Source of the DNA: Octopus sinensis
Lineage: Eukaryota
Direction of reading: 5' to 3'
DNA length: 64,000 nucleotides
Assembly (NCBI RefSeq): GCF_006345805.1
Contig: NC_043002.1
Coordinates: 112,778,001 to 112,842,000 of the forward strand
The position numbers and the translations under genes were made by a program. A model generated the notes under the pieces. It searched no databases, was not told where the DNA came from, and saw only the letters and a list, made by a program, of their open reading frames with translations. Positions 57,231 through 64,000 of this stretch are shown here, in pieces; positions within the stretch are counted from its first letter, which is position 1, and every line of letters starts with the position of its first letter.

Positions 57231-60200
57231 CTTTATTACCCACTAGGGGCGACATAGAGAATACATACAATCACGAATGATGAAGAAAATAATTATGAAC
57301 ATTTGGGGTCGGTTAAAAATCGGAAAAATAATAAATCGAATGGTTACACAATAGACACAATTAACAAAATTACAAGATGCAGTGGGGCGGGTTCGCGACC
57401 CCATGCTCCCCGCCACGACACTTAGCCTTCTTTTTCTTCCTATCTCACATTTGTGAGGGATCTTTTACTCTCCACATTTTTCCATCTTTCATCAAACACT
57501 TTCTTACTCAGGCTCCTTCTCTCCAGCTCTATATGTCTTTTCAGGTGGAATTTAAAATATTCCACCAGACTTGAACCAGAGATGAAGTCGCCTGTTATCA
57601 ACCCTTTCATCCTTGTCTTCCATACTACCTGTTTCGCAGTTGAAACCACGGCGAGAAAACAAAACTTACCTTCTTTCGTTAAGAAATCAGGTGGGCTAAT
57701 TTTTACAATAGATTCGGCTGATAGCTGTACTCTTCGTTCGCCTGACATTAGTTGTTCGGCACAATCCCACATATCTTTCACCCCCGAACACTGCACGATC
57801 GCGTGCGAGACGGTTTCCCGTTCTCGCCCACATCTCGTACAGGTCGGGCTGACTTGGCAACCGTGCCTTGCAAGCTTGTCCCGAACAGGTAAGGCTCCTC
57901 GGTAGCACTGCCAAGCCAAAGACTTCTAGAAATTATCCAGTGTCTTCGGCCCGAATGTACGTTGGAACAGACTGGCCAGCTGATTATCGTCGAAACCTAG
58001 GGTTTCCCCTAGCGTATCATCGTTACCGGCCTCTACAAACCCTCTAAAACACAGCGGTAGAACCACTGCCGCAGGCATTACCCGAGCGACGGAATAGTCG
58101 GAGTGCCTTGCGACACTCCGTATACCACGTACCCAACTTCGATCTGCGATTATACCAGTCCTCCCGGCCACCGAAACTGGTGAACCTGGGGAACATCTGT
58201 TTCGCCAGCGGAGACCACACCCGTTCACTACCCAGATGGAGCCACAGGTGCCTTAGCCTCAGCGCATTTCTGCGCATCATTAGCCACGGCATCCCTAGTC
58301 CACCCTGTAACGGTTTTTGACAGCAGACAGAGCGTCTCACAAGCGGTTTCGAGCCCTTCCACAAGAAGCGAAAGAGCTGTCTCTCCAACTTGATCAACCA
58401 CGAATCCGGGCAAGGCACGACGGCAAGGCGGTAGGTGATCACCGATGCTATAAACACATTGGCCACATCCGCCCTACCTTTCAAGGATAACCACCGCCAA
58501 GACCAAATCCTGACTATTGCAGCCACCTTGCTCGATACCTCGCTCCAGTTCTTCTCTATTTGGAGGTCCGGACCGAACCAAACCCCGAGCAACTTAATCG
58601 GGCCCTCCGTCCAACGTCCCACGACGCTGTCTGGAGGCATCGACTTGCCTCTCCAGGTGCCGAGTTGCAAGCCGACCGACTTTTCACGATTAACTTTTGC
58701 TCCTGTCACCGTCTCGTAAACCTCTATGGCTTTGCCTACTTTACGTAGGTGGTCCACTTCAGTCACGATGATAGTGATGTCATCCGCGTACGCCGAAACC
58801 GACATATCACGTCCTGGTTGCCTCGGGATGCCGCTCAGTCTTCGCAGCAGCGGCTCCAAGGCCACTACTACATACAAAAGCGGGGAGAGCGGACATCCCT
58901 GGCGAACCGAGCGTTTGACCTTGAACGGCTTAGAAAGAAAGCCGTTCACCTGAACTACCGAGTCGGCGTTGTCATACATTTCGATGATCCACCTGAGGAA
59001 GCCAAGACCTAGGCCGAACTGAGCCAGAACGGACACCAGGTAGTGATGGTCGACCCTATCGAACGCTTTAGACTGGTCTAAATGGACCACTGCCCCTCCC
59101 TTGCCGGGATCGTTATTTATTCCCTCTATCGTGTATCTAATAAGATGGAGATTATCCTGAATGGCTCTGCCCGGTACGGCGCACGTTTGCGCTTTCCCAA
59201 TCAGTCCATTCGCGACACGCGCCAATCTGTTCGATAACACTTTGGCCAAAATCTTCAACTCTGCGTTAAGCAGAGTGATGGGCCTGAAATTATCTATTAC
59301 ATCCCCCTTGCTCTGGTCCTTCCTGATTAGCGTCACCACTCCCCGGCGCACAGATCTGGGGATAAACCCATTCTGCTGCCAGTTTGCGTAGACGCCCGTC
59401 AGTAAGTCCCCGAACAAGTCCGGCATACTTTTATAAAGCTCGTAGGGTAGACCATCCAGTCCCGGCGCCTTACCCGCACCGCAGTCCGCCATGGCCTCTA
59501 TTACCTCCTCAGGTGTGATCGGCTCCTCACTACACCTCGCATCCTGCCCCGAGAGGCGCGGCAGCCCGTCGAGGAGGTCCGTAAGGTCCCTCCCCCTATC
59601 CGGTCCGCCGCTCCCCCCGAAAAGCTGGGCGAAGTGGTCCTGAAAAGCTTGACACATCTCCTCGGGCTCGTCTGTCAACTTACCTTGTTGGTTCGCCAGA
59701 GATCGAATTGTAGCATCGTTGCCACGTTGGGCTTCCACCACTCGGGCCCATCCTGCAGCCTTGATTCCTTCGCTCCCCATTGTACGTTGTCTAGCCCTGA
59801 CAATGCAACCCATGTGTTTGGCTTCGAGGTGCTGGTTAAGAACCAGTCTCTTGACCTTCACCTGGTCTGCATTGCCAGTTCGCATTGCTTCCTCTAAGTC
59901 CTTAACTAGTGTAGTTACCTTCTAGCCTCTCTAGCTGCAAGATTAGTACTATATCTAACGGACTCGTATTTTATGGCTCGCTTAAGGGCATACCACCATT
60001 TGTTGTTACAAATGGAGCCGGTCATGGCCCTCTGGATTATTAACCTAATCCTGTCCCTGTACTCCTTAATCGCCAAAAGGGACGTATTAAGTTTCCAGTA
60101 ACCAGGACCTCTAGTTATCTTATCTACGTCTAGCCTACAGGTGACCATCTTGTGGTCACTGTAGCTGACTATATGGAGTTGTGGACTCTTAACTAGGTTC

Positions 60201-61520
60201 TTATCTACCTTCCTAATTAATATCCTATCTATGTACGACTTTACCGATCCGTCGCTATTTGACCACGTCCACAGTGGAGCGCCCGGATGTTCCAGTCTAT
60301 ATGGATCTACCAGCTCAAAACGTCTTAGTAGATCCAGGAAGCAAGTATTTCCTTTTCTGTCTGTTCGCGGGCCTTCACAGTCTACCCGCACATCGCAGAT
60401 TGTGTTGAAGTCCCCTAACATTACTACTGGGCACGATGTACTCAGAAACTTCTCCAGGTTCCGATAATAATCACTTTTCCCCTTGCCGGGGGGAGCGTAA
60501 ACCGCAACCAGCCTGATTGTCTTACGGCTACTGAACGTCAACTCAATGACGACCAGCCTACCTTCCGGATCCGTAAAAATCAACTTTTTCTCAGAAACCC
60601 GGTTCTTTTTACACAGGACCAACACCCCGCTTCCGCCGACCGACGGGTTCGGAGAGATGACACTCTCGTAACCGTTGAACAGCGGGAGCAGATCTCTTGG
60701 CCCCTTTAACCGGGTTTCTGTGGCAACGACAACATCTAAATCCCGTGACCTGATGTCATTTAGGAAGCGCCCTTGCTTCCAGCTCTGCATCAGGCCACGC
60801 ACATTCAAACACCCTACACGAATATGAGACATTACTTACCTTTATTCCGTTTTTCCTTTGGTGGTCGTGGCGGGGAAGACCGCATTAATCAGTGACTCGT
60901 CCACTTCGAGTCGCGGACCCTTTATGTCCCCTGCGAACTGTGCATTTAACATGTTAAAGTTCCGTAAGTCCAATTTTATAATTTCTACATTTTTCTGTAG
61001 ATTTCTGTGGGTTTTCACCCTTACTGCGCTTGGGATATTTCCCATTCCTTTTAAGTCGGTCATTATTTTTGTCTATTGCCGCATATACTATTTGGGCTTC
61101 TGTAAATCTGCTTTTTTGTGGGCTTTGTGGGGGTGATATGGAGGAGGTCGGGGAGTATGATATGGGGGAAACTGGGCAGGAGTTTGGGAGGGGAGGGAGA
61201 TGCTCGGGATTGAGGGGTAGGGGTGGATTGGGTGGGGGCTTCTCTTTTTGTGGTGAACCGTGGTTGGGTGGGGATGGTTTTCCCCCCTGAGAGTTGGATT
61301 TCTTTTTGATTGTGCCAGGGTTGGTTGGGTTTGTATCCGCATTCTTTCTCTTTGGCGTTTTCTTCCGCCTCACCGTTGTGAAGTCGTTCTCTTCTTCTTC
61401 TTCCGTTTTTTTCTCTGCTTCTTCTTCTGTCTTTTTCCTTCCTTCCTCTTTCTTGCTGGTGGGGCATTCCATACGGATGTGACCTATCTCGCCACATCCG
61501 TAGCAACGTGGCTTTCGCCC
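57231..61520 (-). mobile_element. Copy b3 (same truncation point; frameshifted ORFs)
   Basis: Collinear with b1 and b2; followed by the TSD and the unique right flank TCAAGAGG. Confidence 0.95.
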
Positions 61521-61694
61521 TCGATGAATAAGTGTCACATTTTCAAGAGGATTGCCACGTTTAAATAAGAAATGGAAATCACTTAGTTAATCATGCAATT
61601 TTGGGAATATTCCATTTTTTACTGATATATATACTACAATAACAAAGAAATTATTTAAGATTTTAGATTTATGCATAAGTATTCTTATGGTTCC

Positions 61695-61975
61695 AAAACG
61701 CATGGTTCTCAGTTCAGTCCCACTGTGTGGTAACTTGGCATGTGTCTTCTACTATAGCCTGAGACCAACCAAAGCCTTTTCAGTGGATTTTGTAGACAGA
61801 AACTGAAAGAAATCAATCGTATATATATGTATGTATGTATGTATATAACTCTGTGTATGTGTCTTTGTGTTTCTCCCTCATCACTGCTTCACAACTGGTG
61901 TTCGTTTATTTACATCCCCATAACATACTGGTTTCACAAGAAGAAACTGATAGAATAAGTACCAGGCTTATCAAA
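61695..61975 (+). mobile_element. Old diverged SINE family 1 copy
   Basis: GTTCAGTCCCACTG, GTGTCTTCTACTATAGC, GATAGAATAAGTACCAGGCTT. Confidence 0.75.
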
Positions 61976-62045
61976 ATTTAAAAAAGCTCTACGCAGTGTC
62001 TCACATTTTTGTTTGCCCACTCAGTTGTATGTATCAATTTATCTT

Positions 62046-62083
62046 TGTGTGTGTGTGTGTGTGTGTACATACATATATATATG

Positions 62084-62126
<43 letters not shown>

Positions 62127-62130
62127 ATAT

Positions 62131-62196
<66 letters not shown>
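62046..62196. repeat. (TG)n-(TA)n microsatellite
   Basis: Direct reading. Confidence 0.95.
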
Positions 62197-62198
<2 letters not shown>

Positions 62199-62269
62199 AT
62201 TTCGTGGACAGGAACTGAAACAAATCAATCGTATATATATGTATGTATATATGTAAGTGTATGTGTTTT

Positions 62270-64000
62270 AGTATTGGCAACATGAATGACAATAGCCAGA
62301 GACTACTTGAATTTTGCACACACCATAATCTGTGCATCACCAACACATTCTTTCCCAACAAGACATCCCACAAGGCATCTTGGAGACATCCAAGATCTCA
62401 CCACTGGCATCAGTTGGATCTCATCATTACACGAAGATCCTTTCTGAATTCTGTTCAACTGACCCGTAGCGCGGATTGTGAGACAGATCATTCACTAATA
62501 AGAAGGGTGAGGATTCTGCCTAAAAAGTCCATCACTCCAAGAAAATTAGCCAACCACGCATTAACACTGCCAGAACCTCGAACCCTACACTGCGACAATG
62601 TTTTGTTGTTTTTATCAATGTTGCCCTCAGTAGCTGACCAACCTCCTCTGCTGAAAGTAGGTGGAATTATATCAGGGAAGCTTTGTATACCACATCAATA
62701 GATACTTTCGGAATGAGAGAAAGGTAAAACCCAGATTTTGTTCAGTGCTGGGCTCTCAGAGCGGAACCAGTTATCGAAGCAAAGCGTACAGCTCTGATGC
62801 AATACAAGAGTGGTTCTTCTACAAAGTCACACGAAGAACTCAGAAAGGCAAGAAATAAAACCCAACTGACTGCCAGACGCTATGCAAATGGGTATTGAAA
62901 GGAAATCTGTCAGAGTATCCAGTCAGCTGCTGACAGTGGTGACACCCGTGGGATGTATGCCGGTTTGAAGAAGGCCTTCGGTCCATCCGCAAATACCTCA
63001 GCCCCTCTGAAATCAACTACTGGAGATCTCATCAGGGACCAAAGCAAGCAAATGGATAGATGGATGGAGTACTACCAGGATCTCTACTCACGAGAGACCA
63101 CGGTAGCTGAGGCTGCAATCGAGGGTGTCAAGATCTTGCCAGTCATGTGTGAACTTGACAGTCTGCCATCTATAGCAGAGCTCACCAAATCTATTGACTC
63201 CCTAGCAAGTAACAAGGCTCCGGGAAAAGACGGCATCCCCTTAGAGATCATCAAAACCGGCAAAAACACCATCCTGCTTCGGCACATTCATGAGCTTCTG
63301 TGTCAGTGCAGGTAAGAGGGTACAGTCCCTCAGAATATGCGGGATGCTAACATCATTACGCTTTACAAAAATAAAGTGACCGTGATGATTGTAACAATTA
63401 CCGTGGAATATCTCTTCTAAGCACAGTTGGAAAGGCCTCTGCTTGCATTATCCTGTCCAGGCTGCAACTAATTGCTTCTCGAATTTATCCAGAATCGCAG
63501 TGTGGCTTTAGAAGCAGATCAACTATTGACATGATATTCTCCATACGCCAACTTCAGAAGTCCAGAGAGCAGAACATGCCATTATATATGGCCTTCATTG
63601 ATCTGACAAAGGGCTTTGACTTGGTAAGTAGAAAAGGCCTCTTCATCCTGCTCCAAAAAATCGGATGTCCACCAAAGCTGCTGAGGATCATCAAATCATT
63701 CCATGCTAATATGCAAGGCACCATACAGCACAATGGTTCAACATCAGCCGCCTTCCAAATAAAAAATGGGGTAGAGCAAGGTTGTGTCCTTGCTCCTACA
63801 TTATTTGGCATCTTCTTCTCGCTGCTGCTGTCACATGCCTTTGAGACATCAGATGATGGAGTGTTTCTGCACAGTAGAAGTGATGGGGAACTGTTCAATC
63901 TCTCGCGTCTGCGTGCCAAGACCAAAATTTCAGAAGCATCCTGATCAAGGAGATGCTATTTGCTGATGATGCCGCTCTGGTATCACACACAGAAGAAGCC
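62270..64000 (+). pseudogene. Decayed RTE-clade (BovB-like) LINE, 5'-truncated, running off the window
   Basis: APE: G.MN.N..RLLEFC..HNLCITNTFF..SW.HPRS..WHQLD.I, TDHSL; RT: KAPGKDGIP, NYRGISLL, ESQCGFR, FIDLTKGFD.VSR, GV.QGCVLAPTLF, LFADD; frameshifts and stops. Confidence 0.92.

Noticed and set aside
39651-61542. CRISPR-like array of a 22-nt repeat
   Set aside because: The spacers are multi-kb retrotransposons, the context is eukaryotic and there are no cas genes; the repeats are target-site duplications.
39784-61568. Dozens of short + strand and alternative-frame ORFs over the LINE stack
   Set aside because: They are antisense or off-frame shadows of ORF1/ORF2, repeated only because the DNA is repeated.

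Overview
Repeat-saturated, AT-rich eukaryotic DNA. The SINE families, TACA/TA/TAA microsatellite load and transposon set resemble an octopus (coleoid cephalopod) genome; this is inferred from recognition, not from a search. No complete host gene is visible, only a few weak + strand exon candidates (7090-7134, ~10750, 39542-39621). Positions 1-39.5 kb are a patchwork of three tRNA-headed SINE families, non-autonomous Helitrons, a long-TIR MITE, decayed Tc1/mariner-superfamily elements (Tigger/pogo, DD34D mariner, DD37D-like, DD41D), 3' fragments of CR1, RTE and RLE-type LINEs, an old Tx1/L1 relic, and a Penelope-type repeat that carries a minimal hammerhead ribozyme (11965-12010, - strand). The dominant structure is a ~21.9 kb stack (39651-61542) of six minus-strand Tx1/L1-clade units inserted in one ~22-26 bp target (GGTA-TCGATGAATAAGTGTCACATTT), which is repeated at the junctions. 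The stack contains one full-length LINE (intact ORF1, ORF2 with one nonsense codon), a head-to-tail pair of ORF1-only elements with no ORF2 and their own 13-bp TSD, and three copies of a 5'-truncated sister LINE, one with an intact 1130-aa ORF2. The LINEs, the ORF1-only elements and one local SINE variant all end in the same ~40-nt 3' tail with a small stem-loop. This suggests a three-tier system: a site-preferring Tx1 LINE, an ORF1-only (HAL1-like) parasite and a partner SINE, all relying on one 3'-end recognition signal. A decayed RTE LINE runs off the right edge. Coordinates were read by eye: TSD/TIR junctions should be close, while diverged ends are approximate (about +/-20 bp).
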